Positions 35,772 to 49,830 of a stretch of 64,000 bases of DNA are shown in pieces. The first letter of the stretch is position 1; the number at the start of each line of letters is the position of its first letter. A program made the position numbers and the translations under genes. The DNA comes from Eledone cirrhosa (lineage: Eukaryota), in assembly GCA_964016885.1 (NCBI GenBank), contig OZ024740.1, positions 211,048,001 to 211,112,000 of the forward strand. The letters run 5' to 3'. The notes under the pieces are model-generated. The model was not told the origin of the DNA, did no database searches, and saw only the letters and a program-made list of their open reading frames with translations.

Positions 35772-37454
35772 GTCTTGGGTATTGTATAACTCTATTTACT
35801 ACATTCAATAAAATACTATTTCATTATTATATATCCAGCCGGATGAGTTGGAGATGGTTGCTTCTACCAAGACCCGCTGGAAGGAGTGTTTGAGGACTCT
35901 GTGAAACCAAACTAGCTCAGTAAGACTGTGACTGACTATCTGCAGCTTATCATCACTTTGAAACAAAATTATACAGAAAAATCCTTGCTACATTAAGAAT
36001 GTATTTTTTTCTTTCTTACTATATATTTATGTCTTGTGTTACTAACAAGGAAGTATTAACTTTCTCAGTATTTTTCATTTTTGACATTTTTATACTGACC
36101 CACCTGGGAAAAATTCTTTGATATAACCCCCTACCCTGCTTTAAAATCTTTATATTTAAACCAAAAGCAACAATTATAATTTTACATAAGAACATTTTGT
36201 CAAGTTATTTTCCAAACACAGCTTTGTAAAAATTAGAAAGAAAAAATTATTTTCCTAAATCATTCCAAAATTTTGATTATTTTCAATATTAATTGAAAGA
36301 TATAGATAGTACATTTCATTAGAAATATGATCACAAACGAATTAATGAAGGTGTTTTTTTTTTTTGTTTTTTTTTGACAAAATGAGGAATGTATAACGAG
36401 AAATGATTGGTAAAATACTTAGGTATTTCACCTGTGTTGCTGAAAAATACCTTATGGGACTCAACATTTTGCATTATCTTGATACATTAATATATAATTT
36501 AACAAGTAGATACAATAACACTTGTATCCATGTGTAATGGAACAAAAAAAAGCAAAGTATATTAATTTACAATGATAGAAACTTTAATGAAATTTTGATG
36601 TAAGATGTTTTATGAAAAACTTGTTAAAACTACAATCTAAAAATATAAAATAATATGGATTAAGCACACACACACATTGACTCACATGCGCACACACATA
36701 CACAATGTCCATTTGTTAATCCTTTCAATAAAATATGGAATTATTTCAAAACAGAAAATGGTCTCCTCAATGTAGGAAAAAATATAAACAGCTCAAATAT
36801 TTTAGTAAATTGAATATTTCTCACACACACAGACACACACTTATAGAAACAGAAAGTGGGAGAACAGATTGTTTCATAAGTGAGCATATGTTGTTTGAAA
36901 TAACCCAAACTCATTAACAAAAACAGAATGGTTTAATGCATAATTTGTAAAATGTGAATGTAAAAGAAAATTAGTTTGAAGTATATTTGTGAATTAGTAG
37001 AGCTAGCAAACAATCATTTGTTATTACTGTTGATGTATTCAAAACATAATTATAATAAATAGTTACTCTAGAATTATATAAATTATCTTAACCACATGGT
37101 AGGTATATATGGTTAATGAGGATTTCTGATTTAGATACAATGCCAACAATTTGTGGGGAGGAAGAATCAGTGATATTGACCTTAGTTCATAACTGGTACT
37201 TTGTTTTATTGATCCTGGAACGATGAAAGACATAGTTGACCTCAGTGGGATTTGAACTCAGAATGTAGAAAGTTATAACTAAATACAGCAAATCATTTTC
37301 TCTGGTGCTTTAACGATATTGCCAATCCTCTATCCTTATATGGTAAATAATAAGAGTGAGAAACAATGCAGGGCTGGAAGCATAATTGAGAGTGGGGGGA
37401 AGAAACGGGATCATAAACTTCTTTGCACTTGCTTAATGGGACTGGGGTCATTCT

Positions 37455-37900
37455 AAGTCAGCAACCTGATGATCCTTAGGGCTCTGCTATCAGAGCCATC
37501 GATTCTCTTTGCCAGGGTCTTTTGCTCCATAGAGAAGAATGGAGAGGACCAATGCAGTGCAGATATGGAGTGCCAAAGGGGCTTATGTAGGGAGTGCATG
37601 GCCCCAGCAGCCAGACCACATCTGTGGTTGATCTCTGGGGTCAGATCTCCACATTGTTGGAGTGTCAACCCAGGTAAATGAAGGAGCTGACAAACTCCAC
37701 AAAATCAGAGTCAATATAAAGCAGAAAAGAATCCGGGCCATTGCCGACATGCATCAGCTTGGTCTTCACCCAGCTTTGCCGATTCCTCCCAGTATATGGT
37801 CAGTGCATCCCGTAATACTTGATGGAGTCATAGGGGCTCTGTTCTGAAATGTGTGTCTTGGCATTTAATCCTGACAGAGTCCATCTCCTTTTCATGTCTG
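37455..37900 (-). mobile_element. Degraded RTE-type LINE RT fragment
   Basis: FTWVDT..GDLTPEINHRCGLAAGAMHSLHKPLW..LAKRIDGSDSRALRII. Confidence 0.6.
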
Positions 37901-39384
37901 AACATAACCGATTTCTTCCAGAGAAGTGGTAGAGAGAAAATGAGAAAGCATTGGAATGAATACCACAAAGAATTCTAGCTGATGTTCTAATGATTCTGCC
38001 AATTCGCTGCCAGTTTCTATAAAAAGCAACGACTACAACAGAATATAAATTGGCTTCTCTTTGAAATGTTCAGAAATAGAACAAAAACAAATTCATTGGG
38101 GTTCTTATCTAACTCTATTATCTTCATTTCTTACAAGAATCTAACTAATATTACATTTTATAAACTTACATTTCATTCTTTACTTTTTTAAATTATAAAT
38201 GATGAAACACCATAAAGAAGTAGCCAGGATAATAACTTATAAATATATGTGGCTGTTTTCTTTAATTCTTGATATTTTATGATTTATTAAGTTTTGCCAC
38301 AACAAAAAGTGCCCTGCCCACACTGTAAACTGGTCATGTAGGTGTCATGACAAAAAGCACCCAGTTCACACAGTAAAGTACAACACTGGTCATGTTGGTG
38401 ACACGACAAAAAGTATCCAGGACACACTGTAAAGTGGTTGTGTTGATGTCACAACAAAAAAGAACCAAGCCCAGTCTGTAAATGTGGTTGGTATTAGGAA
38501 GGATAGCCAGCCATAGAAACCAAACTAAAAAAAGTTCTGTATGAGCAAGATATGGTCATCTAATCTGGCTTGTCTCACAATGGGATAACTTGTTTAACCT
38601 AAGTTAGCATGGAAAACTAGACATTAAATGATGATGATGATGAAGATGAATATTCTTGAGTTGTTTTCAATTACTTGAGTACAGGTTAATACATACAAAT
38701 CAAACTTACTCCAATCCACAAGCATATCCAACTAATGTATTCAGATAATACTATTTACCATCAATACAACTGTACAGAAGACAGATATTAGATGCAATGG
38801 AGAATATAAGATTTCAATTTCAAAATTACACAATAGATATATGCAGAGCCCAATGCCTGGATATATAGCACCCTAGGCTATCTCTACGTGCACCCACTTC
38901 TCTCAAATAAAATAATTTCAATTTACAATTTCATAAGCTAAAGGATTAAGTTTTTGAAACTTCTTGTTCAGACCACACTAAGAAAATGACTAAATCTGCA
39001 TTTTCTACTGCACAGTCCACACTCACCCATGACAAATCATGTGAAAGGTCATAACACCATACAGCCCTCTCCCCCATTTTGGATATTTCCATAATGCTGT
39101 AATACAATAAAGATGTGAAGTGATTTATTTATTGATCACAGGAAATATATTTTATTTGATTATGTAAATTTGTATAAAATTGTGATCCTTTCGGGTTCAG
39201 TAATGCTCCTCTGAAGTTTGCACCCTATGCTAGTTGGCTTTAATTGCAGTACTGACCCAGGATGCACATAACACTGAACTGTGAATTAATTAACCCTTTA
39301 GTTACCATGCCAGCCAAAACCAGCTCTGGTTCTATGAAATAAAAACACCCATTTTAAATCAGAAATACCAGGACTTATCAAATA

Positions 39385-39600
39385 ATTATTTTTTCCAGCC
39401 TATGGCGTTCAAGACATTTGGTGGAGTTGGGCAGCTGACAGCGAAGTTCTTGTTATCACTGGCGGCTCACCTTACTGAGGTGTCAGGTGATGCCCGTGAG
39501 GGTGCTTGGTTGTTTCAGCACCTTCGCCTCATAGTAATGCTGCGAGCTTGTTGGCTTGCCTGAAAGTGTGTTGTTAACCCCTAAGGTGTGAGGTGCAGCT
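39385..39600 (+). mobile_element. 3' end of an RLE-endonuclease (CRE-like) non-LTR element nested in a MITE
   Basis: FQPMAFKTFGGVGQLTAKFLLSLAAHLTEVSGDAREGAWLFQHL..NAASL resembles FxPxAxETxGxxG..GDxRExxxLxQRLS..RGNAAS. Confidence 0.65.
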
Positions 39601-42376
39601 GATTATCACACTTGGTGGCGAGTTTGTCCTCCTTCCATCCCTTCTTTTTTTTCTTTCCTTTATCATTTTTGTTCAATGAATTTATATTATTGTCTTATTA
39701 TACATGGTTTAGACATTATATTTGTAATGTCCTTCTGAACAAATTGCGAGCAATTTATAATGTTATTTATGTATATATTTAAAACATATTTGCAATGTTA
39801 TTCTACTGTAAAGTTTCTAATTTATATTAAAGTATTCCAACATAATTGTATATAAGAACCTTACACTAAGTTACTATCTTAGTAATGAAATAATTAGTAA
39901 TTTCAGAAAATCCCTATAAATCTTTCATTAATTAAAATGAAGTGTATTTCATTAGAAATAACATCATGAGACGGTTAAATTTGGTATAAGCAAAAGTTAT
40001 AGATTTTAGCCTTGCTGTGTAAAAACTATTCAACATTAATTTAATAGTGCATATGCTCTATAATACACTCTGGAATTAATCCTAAGACCTTGAAAATTCT
40101 ACAAGTCAAGGAATTATAAATGAAAAAGAAAAAAAAAGACAATGAAAGGAGAATTATATATATATATGTTCTTGGTATCTTACTGTGTGGTTTTAGCATA
40201 ATCAATAACTGCCTTGTATTTTCTTTAAATCAATGTTGAAAAAGTATATCTATGTTGAATGAGATATACAACATTTCCCCCAAAAAAATCATTGTTGGTT
40301 GTATATTAAATCTATAATTTCCATGACTGAAAATCATCTTATATAAAGACAAATCATTTTGATTAAAAAAAAAATCTATTTCGTTATAGGCACTTGGGAA
40401 AATCCTTGATGTATAATTTGTTAGGAGTTATATCAAAGAGTAGAATTTACAATTTTATGTTCAACCAGTTTACTTTCTGCAACAATCAAATCTTTCTAGA
40501 GTGGTGACTTAAACATTATGTAGCACGAAGTCAATGATTCTAGACGACATTTTGAAAAATATGTTTTCATATTGTTGAATTTCATATAGAACGAAATATT
40601 AATGCTTGTCTTAAAATACTTTAACTGTTAATATTGGTTCAGACTTGTAATATTTCCAGAGAAAGGCTAGTTCATTGCAGTTGATGGCTTTTGCCATTGG
40701 TTTGTCAGTTCACAAAAAATATCCAATGCAGATAACAGATAGAAAAGTATAACGTTGAATTAAATGTGTAAAGCTACAACAGTGACTTAAATGATTAAAT
40801 TACTGAAGTATCCTTCACTAAAATACTAACATATAATAAAAGCACCTCAGATACTGTAATGCCAAAAAATGACTTAATTATGACAACATCTAAAGGTAAA
40901 AGCCACCACAACATCCAGAAGTAAAAGCCATGACAACATCCAGAAGTAAAAGTCACCACAACATTGAGGATTAAAAGCCAGCAAAGAATCCATAAGTACA
41001 AAACCATCACAGCATCCAGAGGTATGAGTATCAAGCCATCATCCAGAAGTAATATGAAGCCACCACAGCATCTAAGGGTAAAGATATCCAAGCACACACA
41101 GTACCCAGACATAAAGCTCAACAACAACAGACATTCACTATCCCTTATAAAGAACAAAAAGTAATATTTAAGTCTTTAAAATAACTTGTTAACTATATCA
41201 CAATATTAAAAAATAACTTGTTAACTGTATCACAATTTAAAAAGATATCTGACTAAATATACAAGTTAAGAGCTCGGCTAATTTTTAAAGTTAAATATTG
41301 AAAAAAAATGATGGTCTCTAATTTTTGCTGTAAAGAAAAAGATACTCTATTTAATATTCTGCATAAGTTAAAAAATATCTATGAGGAATAAATGTTACTG
41401 CTTTCTTCGTTCCTACCTTTTCATATGAAATCTGGTTTTAAAGAACCTCCATGTTACTTGCTTGAAACAAACCTAATTCCACTAAAACTGAAGTGAGCTA
41501 AAGACATCTGAGTGGTTGAGAAACATATATCTTTTGACATTTCTTCAAAGATATCCATAACATAATGATACAATATATGGATTTAAAAAAAATAACAAAT
41601 TGGAATGGAATGAAGAAACTTTAGTTCATCATATAATCAATTTTAACTGTATGTTTGTAGTGATGTACAATTGGGATTTTTTTTTCTTCTTCAAGTATCA
41701 TGAAATCAGAATATAAAACTTCCTAATAAAACTAGAAGTTAATTTTATTTTAAAGGCATTTCAAATGATTTCATAAATGAAAAATTGCAGACTGCTTAGA
41801 TATAGAAGTTAAAATAAATAAATTTTACATCTAGAGTAAAAGACGCTTCAATTTAGATAATTTAAAAATTGAAATAATCTTAATTAGTTTATACTTTAAC
41901 TCCAAAATTAATTCAAATTAGTAGTATGATGTATTGAGAAGAATTTAAAGATTGTTCAGCTCTATGGAACCTACATCAAGAGGATGTCTAGATATGATAG
42001 AGTATACGAGAATAACAGTTAACATGAAGTTTACAGAGAAGTTTACATTAAAAATAACAGGAGAGTGAAAACAGTGTTACTCGACAATATATGGTAACTT
42101 AATATTAAAATGTTCAGAGCAAAACTAAAAGTTAAAAATGAAAGTATATATTGTATACATTGAGATAAAAATTCTACTACTTTTAATACTTAAAAAATAT
42201 TTTGAGATCGTAGAGGTATTTTTTGTTGTTTTTTTTAAAATATATTAAAATATTTTGTTTTCAAATATTCTTTTTTTAAATTTCACTTTTAGCTCTCTTT
42301 TATTTGTAAAAAAAAAAATTAAAAGAAAACCAGTAGAATATGTCACTAAGTGAAATAATAAAGTTGTTTTCCTTAC

Positions 42377-42467
42377 CTCTTCCAAACTTCCATTTCTTTT
42401 TAGTATCTGTTTTTTTCCTACACTGGGATCAGAGTCATGTATGTGTTCTTGAAAACTGAATTCAGGT
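42377..42467 (-). CDS. R3HDM1: R3H/SUZ protein exon (SUZ N-terminal half)
   Basis: tttag|(L)PEFSFQEHIHDSDPSVGKKQILKRNGSLEE|gtaag; phase 2-0. Confidence 0.92.
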
Positions 42468-44636
42468 CTAAAGAGGAAAGAAAAGAAGTTAACAAACACA
42501 AAAGGGAACAATTCCTAGTAATAATATCGATCAGATTTATTTACTCATATCAAAAGATTGTTTATTTTTGTAAAACATTCTGTGAAGTTTCCAATAAATG
42601 TAAATCCTTTTCAAGTCTTCTCTGGTAGAACCTGTCTATTAAAACATTTCATCAAAATTGACACCAAATTATACTGGGATCCACATCTTAAAATTGCTCC
42701 CTGATAATGTACCAATGGAACATCTCTAGATGGCCACTTGGCCTACTAGAAATAGCTGTTAAGTATTCCTCAAATTACACTGACTTAAAAACAGCTAAAG
42801 AACAATTGCTGTTTATCAAGCAAGCAACAAACGATAAGTTGTTCTTCAGATTCCTCTCATACACATCAATATGAAAAAATTGATATTTAACTCACGACAA
42901 CAAAGATAGTGATTACGGAGAAAGGGATTTTAGCTTCTTTACAAATAAGAGCATAACTACAGAAGTAAAGAAATGTTCAAAGAAACTCTGGACATATAAA
43001 ACATGAATTTCCAATACAGATATAAACCAATAGTGAATTTAATCAATTGAAAATGTATCTTAATGTACAATAATTTCTGCACATTATCATAGAAAAACTG
43101 TGAACATCTTCAGCTATTGGAGAGCAGATATTATTTGAGAGTTGCAAATATAGGACTAGTTGTCAAGATGTTGGTCTGAGGGTTTTAAGGGCATGGGTTC
43201 AATCTCTGGGACAAGTGGTATGTTGAGTCCTTGAGCAAGATTCTTCATTTTATATTTCTCTAGCCCACTCAGCTGAAAAAATGAGTATCATCATCATCAG
43301 CAGCAGCAGCAGTTCAGCCTAGGGGTTAAGTTTGAGACAGGCCAGCATCTTGTTTTGTATTCTCAGTCACATTAAACAAGGATCTGGCCTCAAGAAGCAG
43401 AGTAATTAGAATACATAAAAACATGTATTTATTTAGCATACATGGATGAGCTGAGACAAAAGCTGGGTATAAGGGGAACCAGATGTAATGTGCAGGAGAG
43501 AAGACTGTGCTGGTGTGGACATGTAATGCATATGGTTGGTGACTGTTGGGTGAAGAAGTGCCCAAAAAATCTCACTGGGAGGAAGCTGCAGTAGAGGGAG
43601 ACTAAGGAAGATCTGGTCAGAAGTTGTGAAAGCTGATCTCAAATTGTAGAAGCTCACAGAGATGAATAAAGGCCGACGGCTGGAAATCGCTGGCCAGTGC
43701 TGGCCGTCAGCCTTTATTCATTAAACATACCATATAACTTTAGATATACAAAATTCACATACATGTATGTATACAGCTATGTTGAAACTAAATTACACAC
43801 AGAGTACCAAATTTGATTCATGATTTTATACCCCACTAGACTTTTCTTTCTGTCACTATGCAATTCAACTATATCAGTTTGTCTAGCAGAAGTGTAAGCA
43901 CTTTTATGGGAAAGTTACCTAAAATAGATTGGCATTCATCCTGCTCAAAAAGTTATTTGTTTCTGTTACCTGAGATAAATTGGTATTCACCCTGTCCAAG
44001 AAATGATTTATAATTCTTTCTAGAGAAGCAAAACGTAAGCACCATCAAATGGTGAGACTATTAACTCTTTTAACTCCTTGTTTATGTGTAAACTAATAAT
44101 TAAGAATTATAAATTTGACAATTACACCTATAAAAGAAATCTTCTAAATAATATGCATCATTCCTATGAAGTGTATTTACAGTCAAAAACATTTTTTTTA
44201 TATACACAGTTATCTAATCGTTTTGGTGCCATGATAAAAAGCACCCAGTACACACTATCAGGTGGTTATTTTGGTGCCACAATAAAAAGCACCCAGTAAT
44301 TCAGTACACACTATAAATGTAGTTGGCATAAGAGCATCCAGCCATAAAAACCAAGCCAGAATCAGTTCTGTATAAGCAAGACACGGTCATCTGATCTGAC
44401 TTGTCTCACAACAGGACAACTCGTCTAACACATGCTAGCATAGAAAAATGGACATTAAATGATGATGATAATACTAAGGGTATTTCTGATAGATTTTGAA
44501 TAGTATAGATTGACAAACATAATAAAATATATTAAAAAACATGAGTTGCAAACTTACTCAAACACAACATATAAAATATTTTATTAAAAAGATCTTTCTA
44601 AGCAAGACAAAAAGTAGAAAAAAAATGAATAACTTA

Positions 44637-45041
<405 letters not shown>

Positions 45042-46511
45042 CTGAAACATAAAGATACAATAATTAAATAACATCTAATTTTCTAGAACACACACCAAAC
45101 ACTCTACCCAAAATTTCTATAACTTAGTCCAATCTTTTTAACATTCCACAAAATTATTCTTCAAATCAAATGAAAAATATTTTTTAAAAAAACCCCAAAT
45201 AAATAATTCTGATATTTAAACAAATTAAATAGGTCATTAGGTAAATAGTAATTAAAGTGGAGTTGTTTTTTTTATATAATTTGGTCAATGAACAAATTAA
45301 AATTATAGGCAAATGTGGATGTATTTAGTGTAATTTCCTTTCTCCTGTCAAGAAGTTTATTACAGAAACCATAAAGTTTCCTTACTGAAAGGAACTCAGC
45401 AATTTTTGATATTCAATGATGAAATGAAATTTCTGTTTGAAACACATGTCAACCATACATAAGTGAGACACAGATCTCTGGCCTGTCTGGGGGGGTAGCT
45501 CTGTCTCAGTACTGACTTGGTCTATGTAGACCCGTCCAGCCCTTGCTAGCAAGGAAAACAGACATTAAAACGACAATGATGAAGATGATGACAATGTCGT
45601 ACAACATCATTTATTTATGTATTTTCTTGTCTGGACCCATTTTTGTATAGTTTTCTCTGCATTCTTCTGAGTTAAAAACGTTTTCTGTCTTTTCATTTTG
45701 TCTTTTTTGCAAAGAAGAACTTTCTTTTGTGAAATAGACGCATAAGTATTTAGGGTTTGGGCACATGTGCCACAAAAACTGGTGATGAAAAATAGGATAT
45801 CACTAGGATGTTACCAGATAAATTTAACATAGTTTTAATATAATTTTAGCTACATATAATAGTCCACCTTTTTATTATTCACAGTTGTATAAATATCATT
45901 ACAAATCCTTACAGAACGAAAATATAAACACATAAAAAAAATACAATTAATACACAAAAATATATCAAATATAATACACAAAAAGGGAGAAAACAAAAAC
46001 GACCATCCATTCACCACCAAGTGCAACAATCAGCTGCACATCATAAGGGTCGACGGAACATTTCGAGACAAGCCAACACACTTGCAACATTACCATGGGT
46101 GATGGCAAGGCTAATGTGCTGAGATCATTCAGAAAATTAGCACTCATAAAAATACTAGCAGTTCATTTACCATTTAACATTTAATTTTTTCAATGCAGTA
46201 AAAAAAAATTGCAGTAGTTTTTTTTTTTTCTATAAAGAATTCTACTTCTATCTCTCCAAAAGTTACATGTATCTTAGCCTCCAAAAGTCACACCTATCTT
46301 AGCCTCCAAATATGATATATTACTAGCAATATCAATGCTTTCACAGAAAATATATGTTTATTTGTTCTTTCTAATCACACCTTTCAATATCAGTTTTCAT
46401 TTTACAATATATTCCATAAAAGTTCCAAAGTCAAATTCATTTCAAGATGTTGCTTAACTTGTCAGGTTTGCATCACATTGTACTCTCACCTTTTTAAAAG
46501 TGATCTCTATC

Positions 46512-47146
46512 TTTTTACCTCCCAGAGTAGTCTTTCTACCTAATCTCTGATTACTACAAGTTTTTACCTCCCAGAGTAGTCTTTCTACCTAATCTCTGAT
46601 TACTACATGTTTTTACCTCCCAGAGTAGTCTTTCTACCTAATCTCTGATTACTACATGTTTTTACCTCCCAGAGTAGTCTTTCTACCTAATCTCTGATTA
46701 CTACATGTTTTTACCTCCCAGAGTAGTCTTTCTACCTAATCTCTGATTACTACATGTTTTTACCTCCCAGAGTAGTCTTTCTACCTAATCTCTGATTACT
46801 ACATGTTTTTACCTCCCAGAGTAGTCTTTCTACCTAATCTCTGATTACTACATGTTTTTACCTCCCAGAGTAGTCTTTCTACCTAATCTCTGATTACTAC
46901 ATGTTTTTACCTCCCAGAGTAGTCTTTCTACCTAATCTCTGATTACTACATGTTTTTACCTCCCAGAGTAGTCTTTCTACCTAATCTCTGATTACTACAT
47001 GTTTTTACCTCCCAGAGTAGTCTTTCTACCTAATCTCTGATTACTACATGTTTTTACCTCCCAGAGTAATCTTTCAACCTAATCTCTGATTACTACATGT
47101 TTTACCTCCCAGAGTAATCTTTCAACCTAATCTCTGATTACTACAA
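46512..47146. repeat. 49-bp minisatellite, about 13 copies
   Basis: Unit tttttacctcccagagtagtctttctacctaatctctgattactacatg. Confidence 0.95.
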
Positions 47147-47217
47147 TACTATTTCTAAGCCAGCTTTTTTAAAAATTTATTTAAATGACTTTTAAGCGTC
47201 ATTTTAGAGGCTCTCAC

Positions 47218-47241
47218 CTTCATGATTATTAGAATAATTAC
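47218..47241 (-). CDS. R3HDM1: Putative 24-nt microexon of the R3H/SUZ gene
   Basis: tttttccctttattccacag|GTAATTATTCTAATAATCATGAAG|gtgag; phase 1-1; encodes (G)NYSNNHE. Confidence 0.65.
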
Positions 47242-47427
47242 CTGTGGAATAAAGGGAAAAATGATAAAATTTATTAAATGATTCCTACCTTAGACATAAA
47301 GGGAACTTCCATAGAGGAAAACATCAGTTAATACAATCAATCTTACTAACAACATAAATTAGTCTATCATAACATCTAATTTTTTACCTTCAATAATTTC
47401 TAAATTAAATAAATCAATTAATTTTAC

Positions 47428-47503
47428 CTCTTGAAGAACTCAGTGAGGTACCAGCCTCTGAGCTTTGTGAACCTTCTTCTTCAAGCCTGTTTCTACCAGT
47501 TGT
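47428..47503 (-). CDS. R3HDM1: R3H/SUZ protein exon
   Basis: gcag|TTGRNRLEEEGSQSSEAGTSLSSSR|gtaaaa; phase 0-1. Confidence 0.85.
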
Positions 47504-47640
47504 CTGCAAAAGAAACATTAACTTGAAAAATAAACCAAAGTTTAGCCAAGGAATTAACAAACAAAAGCAGTAACTTTTAATGCTAGAATTGTGATTAAGG
47601 TAATTTTTAATTAATGAGCAGGTACAGGTGAAAATCTTAC

Positions 47641-47775
47641 TTGAGGTAGAGGCAGCGAATCATTTGAAACTGCAGTGTGTGCGGAGTAGTTTTCTGGGGG
47701 AGGAGATCCATCTTCGTCTGTTTCACAGCATAGAGCAGCACTGCGACGTAAAGATTTAGTTTTTGTTTGAAGTGG
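47641..47775 (-). CDS. R3HDM1: R3H/SUZ protein exon
   Basis: tcag|PLQTKTKSLRRSAALCCETDEDGSPPPENYSAHTAVSNDSLPLPQ|gtaag; phase 0-0. Confidence 0.88.
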
Positions 47776-48849
47776 CTGAAAGATAAAATAATAAATAGAT
47801 AATATTAACACTAGCAGTTAGACATTACTATGTAAAATACATTAGATAAGTCATACAATTGACAGAGTCATTAAAACATCACCGAATAATTTGTTCTGGT
47901 TCTCTATACTCAGAGATTAACTTTGTCTTTCATCATTTTGAGGTTGATAAAGAAAGTACCAGTCTAGTACTGGGGTTGATTCTTTCTCTATATCGCTATC
48001 CCACTTCCTCTTTTTCATACTCTCTCCTCCTCTGGAAGAAATTGGCAGTGTTGAAACCTGGAGAGAGATGGGCTCCACTAGGTTTAAAATGCCCAAGACA
48101 TGCCATATATCAGAGCAGTGCCCCTATGACTTCACCAAGAATTACAGATCCATACACACATACTTGTAAATTGGGAACATTTTAGATAAATTCAATATAC
48201 AACTAATCCCTATATCAGTTCCAGAATATCTATCCAGGCCAATAAATGAGGAATGTTGTTAAGAGACTGATTTATTTCATTATACAAATATATTTCGCTC
48301 ATTTGTTATTTAAATGACAATACTATTTTAAGTTAATTTTTTTTAGTTTTTAAAAGTAATACAAATGTTTCTCTAGTTTACTTAATCTATTGCATCAGCC
48401 CTCAACAACAATCCTATTTCCCCTGTTAAAGAAGGGTTAACCTTGTAGTTAAAAGTTGGGGGCCGTGTCAAGCTTCTCCATTTTGCCATATCATCTGTAT
48501 TTCATAGCTTTCATTTCCTCCACCATTATCTTTAGCCATGTATTTTTCAGAATTCCATTTCCTATATTTCCTTCCACATTAATTTCTATAGCTCCTCTCA
48601 CTCTGTCACTTTCATCCTTCTTAAACACATCACCCAATCCTTTCATTCCATTTCACTTCACAACATTCATCACTGGCTCTATTCCCATCATTGTATGCAA
48701 TTCATTAAAAAGAATTCATCAACATCATTTAACATACATTTTCCCTGCTAGCAAGAGTTGAAAAGTTATCACAAACCAAGCCAGTACTCTAGCAGGGCTA
48801 CTGACCTCACATTTACATACAATCCCATGCTCTAATGATTGTATTTTAA

Positions 48850-49058
48850 TCATGGCACCAATACTAGGGAGGTTGTCATGGCACCAGTACGAGGAAGGTT
48901 GACATGTGAACCAGTACTAGGAAAGTTATGCGCACCAGTACTAGGGAGGTTATCATGGCACCAGTACAAGGGAGGTTGTCATGGCACCAGTATGAGGGAG
49001 GTTGTCATGGCACCAGTACGAGGGAGGTTGTCATGGCACATGTACAAGGGAGGTTGTC
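48850..49058. repeat. About 26-bp minisatellite
   Basis: Unit catggcaccagtacgagggaggttgt. Confidence 0.85.
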
Positions 49059-49669
49059 TTGTCTTTGACACAGCTGAAGAGCCCTCCCGTTCCCTTTGTT
49101 TGGCAGGTTTTCTGTAACTGGGTGCCCTTCCTATCACTATACTATTTTATATAGTATACTGGATGTATTTAGTGTGGAAACTACCAACACTACAGAAGTT
49201 GTTGTGCCATTGACACAACTGAACAGTCCTCTCCTATAACCAACCACCTTACAAGGTCTACTAGGTTCTTTTTTTGTGGCCCCAGCACAAGAAAAGATGT
49301 GTCGTGACTAGGAAGTCCTTTCAACCACTTTACAGAGTCTTGTTACAGCTCACATCTATGTAGGATTAGCTGACCTCCTATGAGGTTACATCTCATAGGA
49401 GGTGTCTTGAGTGTTATAATGACAGATGCTCCAGTCATATCATGAAAAATCTCCTCAATGGACGTCAGCCCATTACTGGGATTAGCTTCCAGGTACTGCT
49501 AGTACTAGAGCAATGTAAAATGAAGCATGCCACCCTATCCAGGAATCAAACACACAACCATATTATCATGAATCCAACACCCTAACTACAAAGCCATATA
49601 AGGAGATATGATTATTTTTGCACTTATAAAAAAATGTTTTCAGTAGAAAAATTTGAAGCCTATTCTTAC

Positions 49670-49830
49670 TTGGTAGCGTGTATTTTTAATGACAATCTGT
49701 ACTGGCTCTGGATGTTGCAGTTTCTGATGGTGTTGAACATCTTGATCTGCATAAGATGATGGTTTGTAGTCATCTGGAGAGATTGATTTAGGAGACTCTC
49801 CTGATGACTGCACTCCAGGGGTATCTGGTC
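49670..49830 (-). CDS. R3HDM1: R3H/SUZ protein exon
   Basis: ccag|(G)PDTPGVQSSGESPKSISPDDYKPSSYADQDVQHHQKLQHPEPVQIVIKNTRYQ|gtaag; phase 1-0. Confidence 0.85.

Noticed and set aside
40795-41164. 120-aa hydrophobic ORF
   Set aside because: It derives from a degenerate 27-28-bp tandem repeat (caacatccagaagtaaaagcc..).
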